Below, piece by piece: positions 47,588 through 58,331 of a stretch of DNA of 64,000 bases. The stretch lies in NCBI GenBank assembly GCA_963666215.2, contig CAXWPL010000002.1, positions 1 to 64,000 of the forward strand, written 5' to 3'. The notes below the pieces were generated by a model that ran no database searches, was not told the origin of the DNA, and saw nothing but the letters and a program-made list of their open reading frames with translations. The DNA is from Acidobacteriota bacterium. GTDB taxonomy: Bacteria > Acidobacteriota > UBA890 > WLXD01. Made by a program: the position numbers and the translations under genes. Position 1 is the stretch's first letter, and the number at the start of each line of letters is the position of its first letter.

Positions 47588-50518
47588 ATGAAGCTACGCA
47601 TGTCGATCGCCGGCAGTCTGTTGACGCTCCTTGTTAGTGCTGCACTTGGCCTGCCGCCGAGCGCACTGGCGCAAACCAGCCCCGGTCCGCAGCCGCAACC
47701 GCGTGCCTGGGAGATCCCGGCCGACGCCGCGAATGCAGCGACCGCCGGCCTCGACGAGGTCATGCCGGTCGATCCGACCGTCATGATCGGGCGTCTCGAC
47801 AACGGCCTGCGCTACTTCATTCGCGAGAATCAGGAGCCGGCCGACCACGCTGTTTTGCGTTTGGTTGTCAACACGGGCTCGCTCCTCGAGGACGATGACC
47901 AGCTCGGACTGGCCCACTTTCTCGAACACATGGCCTTCAACGGCACGCGCAACTTCAGCCAGAACAAGCTGATCTCGACTCTCGAGTCGTTCGGGGCCCG
48001 CTTCGGCGCCGACATCAACGCTTCGACGAGCTTCGACGAGACCGCCTATATCCTGCGCGTTCCCACCGATCAGCCGGAGATTCTCGGAACCGCATTCCAG
48101 ATCCTCGAGGACTGGACGCAGGGGATCACGCTCGACAGCGCCGAAATCGACAAGGAGCGTGGCGTCGTCATCGAGGAGTGGAGACGCGGCCTCGGCGTCG
48201 GCTCGCGATTGCGCGACAAGCAGCTGCCGGTGCTGTTTGCAGGGTCGCGCTACGTCGATCGGCTGCCCATCGGCACTCTCGAGAGCCTGGAAAACTTCGA
48301 TCACGACGCACTGCGCCGCTTCTACCGCGACTGGTACCGCCCCGACCTCATGGCGGTCATTGCCGTTGGCGACTTCGACGGCAGCGAAGTACGGGAGTAT
48401 GTCGACCGCCATTTCTCGGGTCTGGTCAATCCTCCCGACCCGCGGCCGAGGGATTACTACGGACTGCCACCACACGCCGACACCCTCTTCGCCATCGTTT
48501 CCGACCCTGAAGCTACCTATTCGAGCGTTAGCCTTTACCACAAGCTGCCGCTGCGGCGGCAAGGCACGCACGGAACGTATCGTCGCAGTCTCGTCGAGAA
48601 TTTCTACAACAGCATGGTCAATCGGCGGCTTCGCGAAGCTGCACAGCAGCCCAACCCGCCTTTCCTCGGTGCAGGTGCCAGCCAGGGGATCATGCTGCCG
48701 ACTCGGGAGGTCTACGTTCTCGAGGCCGGCGTGCCGGATGGCGGCATTGAGCGCGGGCTCGAGGCGTTGCTGCGCGAGTCGAGTCGAGTCGCTCGATTCG
48801 GTTTTACCGAGTCGGAGCTCGAGCGCGAGAAGCTCGTGGCGCTGCGCGGCTTCGAGCGCCTCTATACGGAGAGGCAAACTCACCCGTCGGACAACTATGC
48901 CGAAGAGTTCCGTCGCGCCTTTCTGGAAGGCGAGTCGGTGCCTGGCATCGACTACGAGTGGGCGCTGTACCAGCGCTTCGTGCCCGAGATCACCATCGAT
49001 GAGGTCAATGCAGCAGGCGCTCAGTGGCTCAACGACACCGATCGCGTGGTCGTGGTGACGGCTCCGGAAAAGGATGGCGTTCGACTTCCCACCGAAGCTG
49101 AGCTGACGGCGATTCTCGATCGCGTGGACGACCGGCCGATGCGACGCTACGTCGACACGACGGTTGACGTTCCCCTCCTGGCCGACGTCCCTGAGCCCGG
49201 TAGTGTGGTCGAAGAAACGCGTAACGAAGAGCTCGACATCACCGAGTGGCGGCTGTCGAACGGCGTCCGCGTGGTGCTCAAGCCCACGGATTTTCGCCAG
49301 GACGAGGTTCTGATGCGTGCCATCAGCCCCGGTGGAACGTCGCTAGCGAGCGACGAGGACTGGGTTGCGGCGAGCAGCGCGACGCAGGTGGTCGTCGCCA
49401 GCGGAGCGGGTGACTTCAGTGCTCGTCAGATCACGAACTCGCTCACCGGCAAGGTGGTGAGCGTGACGCCGACGATCAACGTGCTCGAGGAAGGCTTCGT
49501 GGGCAGCGCGTCGCCGCGCGACCTCGAAGATCTGTTCCAGATCGTCTACCTGCACTTTACGCAGCCGCGCGCCGACCCTGGTGTTTTCCGTATCATCCAG
49601 GATCAGTTCCGGGCGTCGCTGGCCAACCGCGACATGAGTCCCGAGGTGGCGTTCAGAGAGAAGCTGCAAACGACGCTGACGCAGAATCACCCGCGGCGGC
49701 GGCCGATCACCAGCGACCTCGTCGAAGAGATGGACCTGGACAAGTCGTTCGCCTTCTACCGCGACCGATTCGCCGATGCCAGCGACTTCACGTTTCTGTT
49801 CGTGGGCAACATCGACTTCGACGAGCTACGCGCGCTGTCGGAGCGTTACCTCGCGACACTGCCCTCGATCGGCCGCGAAGAAAGCTGGCGCGACGAGGAT
49901 GTCGATCCGCCAACGGGGGTAGTGAAGGAGGCGGTCTACCGCGGCCTCGAGCCCAAGAGCCTCACCAGCATCGTGTTCACCGGCGATTACGATCACGAAG
50001 AGGGCGAGCGCTTCGCGATGGGGGCTCTGGCCAACGTCCTGCAAATGAGGTTGCGCGACCGGCTGCGAGAAGAGCTAGGCAGCACCTACAGCGTGTCGGT
50101 GCAAGGTAGCGCGGAGCGCATTCCAGATCCGGAGTACTCGGTGTCGATCAGCTTTGGCTGTGATCCGGATCGAGTCGATGAGCTGGTGCAGGAAGTTTTC
50201 GACGAGATTGGCAAGCTCAAGGGGTCGGGGCCGACGGTTGAAGAGATCTTCGCTGTCCAGGAACAGTCGCGTCGGATCTTTCAGCGCAACAGCCGGCAGA
50301 ACGGCTTCTGGCTCGGGCGGCTAGCAGCGGCCTATCGCGGTGAGGACGATCCTCGCGAGTCCCTTCAGGACGTGCTCAACTACGAGGCGGCGCTGCTCGA
50401 GCTGACCGCCCAGCAGGTGCAGGAGGCCGCCTCGACGTATCTCAATGTCGACAACTACGTGCAGGTTTCGTTGTTGCCGGAGGCCAAGGCGGGCGACGAG
50501 GGAAGCTCGACTCGCTGA
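47588..50518 (+). CDS. M16 zinc protease (PqqL-like)
   Basis: AHFLEHMAFNG (HXXEH), INASTSFDET, LSNGVRV; signal peptide. Confidence 0.92.
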   Translation: MKLRMSIAGSLLTLLVSAALGLPPSALAQTSPGPQPQPRAWEIPADAANAATAGLDEVMPVDPTVMIGRLDNGLRYFIRENQEPADHAVLRLVVNTGSLLEDDDQLGLAHFLEHMAFNGTRNFSQNKLISTLESFGARFGADINASTSFDETAYILRVPTDQPEILGTAFQILEDWTQGITLDSAEIDKERGVVIEEWRRGLGVGSRLRDKQLPVLFAGSRYVDRLPIGTLESLENFDHDALRRFYRDWYRPDLMAVIAVGDFDGSEVREYVDRHFSGLVNPPDPRPRDYYGLPPHADTLFAIVSDPEATYSSVSLYHKLPLRRQGTHGTYRRSLVENFYNSMVNRRLREAAQQPNPPFLGAGASQGIMLPTREVYVLEAGVPDGGIERGLEALLRESSRVARFGFTESELEREKLVALRGFERLYTERQTHPSDNYAEEFRRAFLEGESVPGIDYEWALYQRFVPEITIDEVNAAGAQWLNDTDRVVVVTAPEKDGVRLPTEAELTAILDRVDDRPMRRYVDTTVDVPLLADVPEPGSVVEETRNEELDITEWRLSNGVRVVLKPTDFRQDEVLMRAISPGGTSLASDEDWVAASSATQVVVASGAGDFSARQITNSLTGKVVSVTPTINVLEEGFVGSASPRDLEDLFQIVYLHFTQPRADPGVFRIIQDQFRASLANRDMSPEVAFREKLQTTLTQNHPRRRPITSDLVEEMDLDKSFAFYRDRFADASDFTFLFVGNIDFDELRALSERYLATLPSIGREESWRDEDVDPPTGVVKEAVYRGLEPKSLTSIVFTGDYDHEEGERFAMGALANVLQMRLRDRLREELGSTYSVSVQGSAERIPDPEYSVSISFGCDPDRVDELVQEVFDEIGKLKGSGPTVEEIFAVQEQSRRIFQRNSRQNGFWLGRLAAAYRGEDDPRESLQDVLNYEAALLELTAQQVQEAASTYLNVDNYVQVSLLPEAKAGDEGSSTR

Positions 50519-50542
50519 CCGCCGGCGGCGTTGCGTGGTCGG

Positions 50543-51706
50543 CTAGGTCGGACTTCCGCTCGCGGCATTCGGGGGTGCTTCTCGCCGCCGCGTGAACCGC
50601 AGCGCGCCGTCGCGGGCGCGTTCGCGTCGATAGCCGAGCAGGTGGAAGAGCTCGACGGTGAGCCAGCGCGCGATCCTCGGTTCGACGACCAGAGTCCGTG
50701 CCCGCTGACGGGCGCGACGCACGCCGGGCAGCCAGTGGACGATGCGGTCGAGCTGTAGGCGTCGCAGCCAGCCCGACAGACGAAGCCAGAACGGAGCCAC
50801 TCGGCGCACCAGAAAGAACCCGTCGTTGCCGAGTCCCTGGTAGAGCGGCAGTAGCACGCGCCCAGTCGCGAGGGCCGGGATCTCGCCGTTGACGTCGTCC
50901 GCCAGCAGCGTGCCTTCGTCGACACGCTGGAAGTTGTCGAAGCCGGGCTGCATGACGAAGCAGGCGTCCGGCCTGATTGCGTGACGGTAGCGAACCTCCA
51001 TGATCGGCGGCAGGCCGGCAGAAGCGTCCGCCAGTTGGGCGCGCAATTCGGCTCTCCTCGGTAGGTCCATCTCCTCGAGGCAGCCAGCGCCGAGCAACCC
51101 CAGCAGGAGCGCTGCGGTGTGGTGCTCGATCGACGCTGAGTCGTCGTGCTGGCCGGCCTCAACGCCGACGGTGACATGTCCGAGGTCGTTGACGTACTCC
51201 AGAAGTGAGCCGTCGACCTGCTCCTCGAGGCCGAGGATCACTGGAACCGCGAAGGTGCCGGCGAACTCTCGGTTGCGCAGTGTGTCGCCGATACACACGA
51301 AGGGCTGGCCGGGCGCAGAGCTGGTGTGGAGATCGAGAAGATGTACGGGTCCGGTCGCTTCGGCGAACACCTGTTCCAGGGCAGCGAGCAACTCGGCCTG
51401 CTCGCGGTGCTCGGTGGTGTCTCCGCCGGCGCGACTCTGTGCGACGTGCTGGCTCGACCAAACGCGATTGAAGTCCGAATCGACGAAGCGTTGGCCGATC
51501 TTCAGGGCCGATCGGTTGCCACTCAGGGCGACGAACCGACCTCTGCGAGGCATGTCCTTGCTGGCCAACCAGGCGGAAACCCGGCGTACCGCCGCTATGC
51601 CAGACGGTTCGTTGCCGTGAACACCTGCTACTGCCACCACGGTGGGGCCTGACTGCTGCGAACGGTGGTCGACGAGGACGCGCTCAATCGCCGTGTCCGT
51701 GGCCAC
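50543..51706 (-). CDS. Succinylglutamate desuccinylase/aspartoacylase (M14) family
   Basis: GVHGNE, DFNRVW, LDLHT, VEAGQH. Confidence 0.85.
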   Translation of the reverse strand: MATDTAIERVLVDHRSQQSGPTVVAVAGVHGNEPSGIAAVRRVSAWLASKDMPRRGRFVALSGNRSALKIGQRFVDSDFNRVWSSQHVAQSRAGGDTTEHREQAELLAALEQVFAEATGPVHLLDLHTSSAPGQPFVCIGDTLRNREFAGTFAVPVILGLEEQVDGSLLEYVNDLGHVTVGVEAGQHDDSASIEHHTAALLLGLLGAGCLEEMDLPRRAELRAQLADASAGLPPIMEVRYRHAIRPDACFVMQPGFDNFQRVDEGTLLADDVNGEIPALATGRVLLPLYQGLGNDGFFLVRRVAPFWLRLSGWLRRLQLDRIVHWLPGVRRARQRARTLVVEPRIARWLTVELFHLLGYRRERARDGALRFTRRREAPPNAASGSPT

Positions 51707-51965
51707 CGAGTTGTCTTCCGCTCTCGACAGCACACCGTCTCTCCGCGCAGGAATCACCCAGATGTTGGACCGGGCGCGAGTCTACATCGCGCCTGCGAGA
51801 GTGGTCGTCTCGATTCGCACGACGAAGATGGTTGGGCGCTGGAGCAAGGATTGATTATTATTAGTTAGCAAAATTGCTTTGTAGTTCCAATTGACCATCG
51901 TATTATTGCGTAGGTCTAGAGAACTCTCACAGAGTCAACCGAGCCTCATCGGTCCGGAGAATGTC

Positions 51966-52373
51966 ATGTCGCGCCGTCGCAGACGGAAAGAGTGCTTCCC
52001 GTGGGCGCGAGCCGGCCTGCTTGTCTTCGCGGTTTGGCTATCGCTCTGGGCCGCCGGATTGGCGGGCGCACGCGTGGGCGAGAAGATCTACAACGAGCGT
52101 TACGCCGAAGCTGCTCCGTACACCGCTGAAGAGCTCGAGTCGCTCGATAACATGGCAGCCGCAGCGGCAGCCGCGGAACGCGAGATGCACATCTGGCGCG
52201 AGAGCGTGAAGCTCGGTGGATCGGTCGCTTCAGTCGAGGGCGCCATGTTCGGCACGATCCTGCTGCTGGCGATTTGGGTGACTGGCGGGATGATCTGGTT
52301 ATGGATGCGCGAGCGTCAGCGTCAGATCGAGGCTCAGTGGGAAGAGTTCGGCTACGAGTACGAGGGCGCGTAG
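51966..52373 (+). CDS. Hypothetical protein with two transmembrane segments
   Basis: Two hydrophobic stretches; AT-rich upstream region. Confidence 0.5.
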   Translation: MSRRRRRKECFPWARAGLLVFAVWLSLWAAGLAGARVGEKIYNERYAEAAPYTAEELESLDNMAAAAAAAEREMHIWRESVKLGGSVASVEGAMFGTILLLAIWVTGGMIWLWMRERQRQIEAQWEEFGYEYEGA

Positions 52374-52377
52374 GCGC

Positions 52378-54015
52378 CTAACCGCCTCGAAGACTGCGTT
52401 CGAGCGCCGCCGCCGCCGACAGCACGCTCTCGTCCTCGTTAACCCGACCGACAATCTGCAGCCCGACCGGCAGTCCGTTGTCGAGGCCGCAGCGCAGGCT
52501 CAGAGCCGGCTGCCCCGTGAGATTGAACGGGCGCGTGAACAGCGTGAGCGCGGCGCGCACGTCCATCTGTCGATCTCCAATTTCGACGATCTCCGCGTCG
52601 ACCCGCGGCGCAACCGTCGGTAGCGTGGGCAGCACGAGCAAGTCGACGTTGGCCATACCGCGCGTAAAGTCGCGCGCCAGTCGACCGCGTGCCCGTTGCG
52701 CTGCGAGATAATCAGCACCCGTCACCGCCGCCCCACGGGCGAGAAATTCGCGTGTCGCCGCTTGATACCGATCGCCGTGCTCGGCAAGGGTACGGGAGTG
52801 CACCGCGTTGCCCTCCGCCAGGAGCAGCGCCAGCGCGATTCTCGGAGCGTCGTCGACGGCAGGTGGCCACGCGAATGCCACTCTTACGGCGCCCAGCCCT
52901 TCGAGTCGCGCCGCGGCGCTCTCGACCTGATCCCGGACCGCGGCCTCGGAGAGCGCCAACGGATTCTGCGGTAGTGCGAACCTCAGGCCGGCCAGAGGTC
53001 GTGACTCTGGGTCGGTCGAGGGCTCGTGGTCGCGTCGGTTCCACTGCGGCGACGCGTGGGTTGCGACGGGTGAGCCCGACGGCGTGCGATCGAAGCGGTC
53101 GAGCACGTGGAAGACCGCTGCGACGTCGTCAACGCAACGGGCCATCGGGCCGACATGATCGAGGCTCCATGCGAACGGGATGACGCCGGCGCTGCTCACC
53201 CTACCGTAGGTCGGCTTGAGTCCGACGACGCCACAGCAGGCCGCTGGAATCCGGATCGAGCCGCCGGTGTCTGTCCCCGTTGCGGCCACCACCAGGCCCG
53301 CTGCCAGTGCGGCTGCCGATCCGCAGCTCGAGCCTCCTGCAACGTGCTCGCGATTCCAGGGGTTTCGTGTGGGGCCGTGAATGGAGACGGTGCCGGTTAC
53401 TCCGGTAGCAAACTCGTGTGTGTTGAGCTTGCCGAGGCTTATGGCGCCCGCTTTGCGTAGCCGGGTCACGACGTCGGCCTCGACGTCGGGTGTGTAGCCC
53501 AGCAGGATGTCCGACCCTGCCGTGGTAGGGCAATCGGAGGTAGCGATGATGTCTTTGTGGGCGATCGGTACGCCTGCGAGCGGCGGCAGCACGTTGCCTC
53601 CAGGGTCGTCGGCGTGCGCCGCGACTTCGATAGCAGCGGCTCGAGCGCTTTCGACCGTGACGTTGACGAAGGCACCCAAGCGGTGTTCGGCTGCCGCTCT
53701 CTGGGCGACAGGTGAAGCTCCATCGGGGGGTGGCGCGGTGTCCTGGTTGGCGATCCGCCGAAGGGCGAGCTCGACGATGCTCGCGGGGCTGGTGTGGCCG
53801 CTTGAGATGGAGGTCAGGAGCTCCGCAATCGACGGAAGGTCGCCCCGGCGCGGCTGGATTCCGTGTGCAGACGTGCCGCGGGATCCGGGCTCGAATCCCG
53901 CGACGCCCTTGGACGACTCTCTTTGACCGGCGGCACTCGCGACCATGCCGGGGAGGTCGGTGAGCGGGTCCGACGCGTACGCGGTCTCACCCGTTTCGAG
54001 CACGACCTTCAGCAC
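52378..54015 (-). CDS. Amidase-signature family enzyme (start uncertain)
   Basis: PIAHKD, GGSSCGS, GTDTGGSIRIPA, GLKPTYG. Confidence 0.88.
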   Translation of the reverse strand: MLKVVLETGETAYASDPLTDLPGMVASAAGQRESSKGVAGFEPGSRGTSAHGIQPRRGDLPSIAELLTSISSGHTSPASIVELALRRIANQDTAPPPDGASPVAQRAAAEHRLGAFVNVTVESARAAAIEVAAHADDPGGNVLPPLAGVPIAHKDIIATSDCPTTAGSDILLGYTPDVEADVVTRLRKAGAISLGKLNTHEFATGVTGTVSIHGPTRNPWNREHVAGGSSCGSAAALAAGLVVAATGTDTGGSIRIPAACCGVVGLKPTYGRVSSAGVIPFAWSLDHVGPMARCVDDVAAVFHVLDRFDRTPSGSPVATHASPQWNRRDHEPSTDPESRPLAGLRFALPQNPLALSEAAVRDQVESAAARLEGLGAVRVAFAWPPAVDDAPRIALALLLAEGNAVHSRTLAEHGDRYQAATREFLARGAAVTGADYLAAQRARGRLARDFTRGMANVDLLVLPTLPTVAPRVDAEIVEIGDRQMDVRAALTLFTRPFNLTGQPALSLRCGLDNGLPVGLQIVGRVNEDESVLSAAAALERSLRGG

Positions 54016-54126
54016 GGTGGAGGGCCTGTTCTCTCGCCCCTCCGACGAGGGTGGTTGCGCACAGAGCCGGATGGGACCACCCTTCTCGGCGGCAGCGACG
54101 ATCGATACGACCCACCCGAGTGCTCA

Positions 54127-55350
54127 TTGCGCGAAACCCTGCACGTACGTGAAGCCGCAGAGCTGGCACGACTTGTGGACCGTCTCGCGGCGAGCGCTGA
54201 TGAGACGCTCGCGCTCGACACGGAATTCCTGAGAGAGCGCACATTCTACCCCAAGTTGTGTCTCGTGCAGATTGCGACGGCCGATGTGGAGGCGATTATC
54301 GATCCGCTCGCCTGTGGGGACATTGCCTCGCTGCTCGAGCTGATCGTCGATCGTTTCACGCTCCTGCTGCACGCGGGCTCGCAGGATCTCGAGATCCTAC
54401 TGCACTCCATTGGCCGGCTCCCGAGGCGAGTGTTCGACACACAGGTCGCCGCTGCTTTCGTGGGCTACGGCGACTCACTCAGCCATGCCCGCATGGTCGA
54501 GCGGTGCCTGGGACGGCGCGTGTCGCGGTCGGAGGCGTACACCGATTGGGCGCGGCGCCCTTTGAGCTCCGAGCAACTCGAGTATGCACTCGACGATGTT
54601 CGCCATCTGCACGAGTGCCATGACCACCTTCAGAGCGAGCTCGAGGCCCGCGGTCGGCTCACCTGGGTCGAGGAAGAGTTGGTGAAGCTGGTCGCCCGCG
54701 TTGAGCAGCTGGTACAGCCGAACGATCGGTGGCGCAAGGTCGCCGGTGCGCGGTCCCTCAAGGGCGGCGAGCTGGCGGTTCTGCGTGAGATCACAACGTG
54801 GAGAGAGCGTGAAGCGATGTCCCGAGACACCCCGCGTCAGCGCGTGGTGCCCGACCGCGTTCTCGTGCAGATCGCCCGCCGCGCTCCAAAATCGCAGGAG
54901 CAACTCGATCAGCTGCGAGGACTCCACCCACGCGAAGCGCAGCGCTCGGGTCGCCGGATTCTCGAGGTCGTGAGCACCGGGTTGAGCACTGCCGAGAACG
55001 ACTACCCGCGCTGGCTTTCCCCTCCGAGCAAGCGCGATGAGGAGGGGGTTTACGCGATCGCGTCGCTGCTCGACGCCTATCTGCGATCCAGGTCGCAGGA
55101 GTTGCAATTGTCGTCGCGCCTGCTGGCGAGCCGCAACGATCTCGTCAGCCTGGCGGGGCGCACGTCGCGCGGCGAGCAAACGGACGCGAGCCGGAGCGGT
55201 GACAAACCGCAACTGGCGATCCTCGAGGGCTGGCGCCGGGAGGTCGTTGGCGAGGATCTGCTGCGCTTACTCGAAGGAAAAATCGCACTGCGCCTGGAGC
55301 GCGCCGATGATGGGTCCGCGGGACTGCGGCTTGTGGCGAGCGACAGTTGA
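54127..55350 (+). CDS. rnd: Ribonuclease D
   Basis: ALDTEFLRERTFYPKLCLVQ, HAGSQD, FDTQ, TDWARRPL, YALDD; HRDC domain. Confidence 0.9.
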   Translation: MRETLHVREAAELARLVDRLAASADETLALDTEFLRERTFYPKLCLVQIATADVEAIIDPLACGDIASLLELIVDRFTLLLHAGSQDLEILLHSIGRLPRRVFDTQVAAAFVGYGDSLSHARMVERCLGRRVSRSEAYTDWARRPLSSEQLEYALDDVRHLHECHDHLQSELEARGRLTWVEEELVKLVARVEQLVQPNDRWRKVAGARSLKGGELAVLREITTWREREAMSRDTPRQRVVPDRVLVQIARRAPKSQEQLDQLRGLHPREAQRSGRRILEVVSTGLSTAENDYPRWLSPPSKRDEEGVYAIASLLDAYLRSRSQELQLSSRLLASRNDLVSLAGRTSRGEQTDASRSGDKPQLAILEGWRREVVGEDLLRLLEGKIALRLERADDGSAGLRLVASDS

Positions 55351-55588
55351 GTCCCTCGCCACGACCGAGTCGATCCCGCCGACGGGAGCCAGACGCTTCG
55401 GTTCAGCGCTTCACCCTGAGCAACAGGGGCAGTCGCTCTTCGCCCGCGCCGAGCGCCGGCGAGGGGTGAAGAGCAAGAGCGCGGGCTCTCCGAGGTTCAG
55501 CCCCGGCGCTCCGGTTGCTTCGCCCGGCATCTCTTGGCCGCGGCCGCGATCTTTCAGCTTCCGGATCGCGTCCGCTCCTGGTGCAGGG

Positions 55589-56788
55589 CTACTGGCCTCG
55601 CGGCTTGGCCTTCCGTGTTTTTCCGCCGCCGGTCGACGACGAGCCTCCGCCTGTGTAGCTCCCGCGGCCCACCGAACCGCCGTTCGTGACACCGCCGCCG
55701 CGCTGGCCTCCGCCGCTGAGCAAGCGACTGAACCCGCTCGGGGCATCGTCGCGCACACCAACCCGTGTGTAGCCCTTGCCTTTCACAACGCGGCCACCGA
55801 GTTGACTGTCGGGTCGTCCGAAGAACGGCCCGATCGGGTTGAATCTGCCGCCGTAGCCGAAGGGCGTGAACGCCGGGCTGTAGTAGCCGTAGGCGTAGGG
55901 CTGGTATCCCCACCAACCGTAGCGCCCGTAGCCGCCGTAGCCGCCCACCACCCCGCCGCCGCCGCCGCCGCCGTAGTAGTCGCGCCCGTCGTCGACCACG
56001 AAGTAATCAGGGTAGGAGAGGGCGACCATCAGGTCGATGATTTCAGCGGGCACCTCGGCGTCTGCTAGTCGCAGGAGCAGATCCGCGTTCATGTTGAAAC
56101 TGGAATCGGTTTCCAGGATCGCCGCCTCAACCACCGCCGGGTCGACCCGCGCCAGCGCCTCGATCACGTCGCTGGCGTCGAGGGGGCTGGCGGCGGCCAT
56201 GCGAGCGGTCGACACGGAGAGTGATTCTTCGAGCTCGAGCGCGGGTGCGCCGGCAGCGGCGGCCATGTCGGCGCCAGCGAGCCGGAACTTGCGCGCCAAG
56301 AGCTCTCGCTGACCTGCGACGCTAACGACCTGAATATCGATCCATGTCGAACGATTCGCGATGAGGCCGATACTCGTCTGCGTACGCCTGAGTCCGCCTT
56401 CACAGACTAAGTCAGAGCGTGTGAAAAGTCGCTGTCCGTCGCCCGACCAGGTCGCCGCCGTCGTGCCTTCGCAGTCGCTATCGCTGACGGGGTGCTCGCG
56501 GCCGTCCGTGATGATTGTCTGCTCGAGAACAGCCTCGCCGTCGACGAAGCTCGTGAGCTTCGCGCCGGCGCCGACTTCGGTTCGCTGCAGGCAGACCATC
56601 CGATCGCCCTCGATCGGCTCTTCCACGTCTCCGACTCGATCATTCAACAGCTCCCAGCAGCCGAGCCAAGGCAACCATCCATCCCCACGCGCCGATTGCG
56701 GGCCACTCGGCAGCGCCTCGGCAACGGGGGCCGTGGCCAGCAAGGCGATCATGCCGACTGCCAGAATCAGAATCCGCTTCGATCTCAC
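55589..56788 (-). CDS. Secreted hypothetical protein with Gly/Tyr-rich C-terminus
   Basis: Signal peptide, WLPWLGCW, four Cys, low-complexity tail. Confidence 0.65.
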   Translation of the reverse strand: MRSKRILILAVGMIALLATAPVAEALPSGPQSARGDGWLPWLGCWELLNDRVGDVEEPIEGDRMVCLQRTEVGAGAKLTSFVDGEAVLEQTIITDGREHPVSDSDCEGTTAATWSGDGQRLFTRSDLVCEGGLRRTQTSIGLIANRSTWIDIQVVSVAGQRELLARKFRLAGADMAAAAGAPALELEESLSVSTARMAAASPLDASDVIEALARVDPAVVEAAILETDSSFNMNADLLLRLADAEVPAEIIDLMVALSYPDYFVVDDGRDYYGGGGGGGVVGGYGGYGRYGWWGYQPYAYGYYSPAFTPFGYGGRFNPIGPFFGRPDSQLGGRVVKGKGYTRVGVRDDAPSGFSRLLSGGGQRGGGVTNGGSVGRGSYTGGGSSSTGGGKTRKAKPRGQ

Positions 56789-56889
56789 TTCGTTCTACCT
56801 CCTCCAGGGGGCTCTCATTGTAACCCAGGAGAGCCGGCGACCGGGCGGTGACTTGCCGTTGATGAAGCGTCGCTCGGCACACTCGAGTC

Positions 56890-57792
56890 TCAGAACTTGA
56901 ACGCCACTCCCGCCGTGGCCCGCAATCCGCCGAGATCGATGGCGTCGAAGCCCACGAAGCCACCGTTCATTTCGACGTCGGCCCACTGATAGCGGGCCTC
57001 GAGTTGCAGCGCCAGGCTGGGGTTGAGCAGGATGTCCGCCCCGCCGAACACGTGGAAGGTCGCGCCCCATCCGTCGGAGATGAAGTGGTCGGTGAAGATC
57101 CCCAGATCTTCGAAGTCGACGAAGTCTCCCACCTGCTCGAACTGATGCCACACGAAGCCCGCTGCTCCTCCCACGTACGGCACGAAGGAGCTCGGCACCC
57201 ACGCGTACTGGCCGACGCTACGACCGCGGTCGGTGAGGTAGAGCTTCAGGCCAGCTGTGACCGGTACCTGCGTGAAGTGCGTTTCCTGGACGATCGGAAG
57301 GTCGTCGTCCTCCACGAACTCGCGAAATTCCGACGTAGCAGACGCCCGCGAGTACTCCACTCCGAACACGGCGTCGACCCGATCGTTGATGCGCCATGAG
57401 AGATCCGCGGCGATCGTGGGAGCGTTGAAGTCTGACTTTTCGACGGTCAGCTGGTCGGTGACGAACTCGAAGATCTCGCTCTGGGCGCGCGCGAACGTGA
57501 GTCCGGCACGGACCGCGAAGGAGCCCTTCGGTGCGCCGAAAAGGAAATCCGGGCTCTGAACGCCATTCGCGGCGCCGGCAATTCCGTTCGCGGCGAGCTC
57601 CTTAGACTTGGCCTTCTTGTCTTCAGATCCGGGGCCGGGGTCGGCGTTGGCAGGGCCGATTGCCACGAGCAAGATCCCCGCTAGCAGCGTCAGCTGGCGA
57701 ACCGCGTGAGCGCCCCAGCGCCTCGGGTCGGCTTCGGCTTTGGATTCCCATCTCGAGGGCCTCATTACTGCGATACGACGCTGGGTGTTCAT
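56890..57792 (-). CDS. Outer-membrane beta-barrel protein
   Basis: Alternating beta strands, PYVGGAAG, terminal aromatic AGVAFKF. Confidence 0.75.
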   Translation of the reverse strand: MNTQRRIAVMRPSRWESKAEADPRRWGAHAVRQLTLLAGILLVAIGPANADPGPGSEDKKAKSKELAANGIAGAANGVQSPDFLFGAPKGSFAVRAGLTFARAQSEIFEFVTDQLTVEKSDFNAPTIAADLSWRINDRVDAVFGVEYSRASATSEFREFVEDDDLPIVQETHFTQVPVTAGLKLYLTDRGRSVGQYAWVPSSFVPYVGGAAGFVWHQFEQVGDFVDFEDLGIFTDHFISDGWGATFHVFGGADILLNPSLALQLEARYQWADVEMNGGFVGFDAIDLGGLRATAGVAFKF

Positions 57793-57942
57793 GAAAATCC
57801 TCCGGGGGGGGGGAATCAAGCTGTCGGGCGGTGTGGGGCCGTGGAGCCGACGGTCCGGGCCTTCAAGCTGTTCTTGTGGTTGCGTGAGGCGAGTGGCAAG
57901 GCGTTTGTGTTTGCCGCTCTGTGTACAACATCACTGCATCAT

Positions 57943-57958
57943 TGCAACGTGCGTGCCG
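57943..57958 (-). promoter_or_regulatory. Putative sigma-54 (-24/-12) promoter
   Basis: Minus strand reads CGGCACG-CACG-TTGCA, 150 bp upstream of the beta-barrel gene. Confidence 0.55.
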
Positions 57959-58331
57959 GGATACTCTCTGTCGCCGGTTGGCCGCACGCAGCTGCTCCTG
58001 CCCGATCGGCGCAGGACGGCCTCGAGAAGGCAGGCCGAGCGGGAATCCGACTGTGTCCGTATATCGACGGCTGACGGAACGGTCGACCGCCACGGGTCAG
58101 TCGCTGCCTCGATCGACGCTCGTCACGCCATCACGCCGTTAACCGGGAACGCGAGGCCAGCTGTGGCCAGTGTCCTTTGACGCTGGCTGCCATCGACTCC
58201 TATCCTGCGCAAATGCTAATTCTGCCAGCCGCTCACAGGGTCGATAGACGGTCAGCGTGCGGCTGCTCGGCCTGATCATGACGATTAGTGCGCGCTCGAT
58301 GCGACTGCTCCTATTCAATGGTGGACGTCGA

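Noticed and set aside
58210-58230. Second sigma-54 site (TGGCAGAATTAGCA on the minus strand)
   Set aside because: GG-to-GC spacing is 8 rather than 10 nt.
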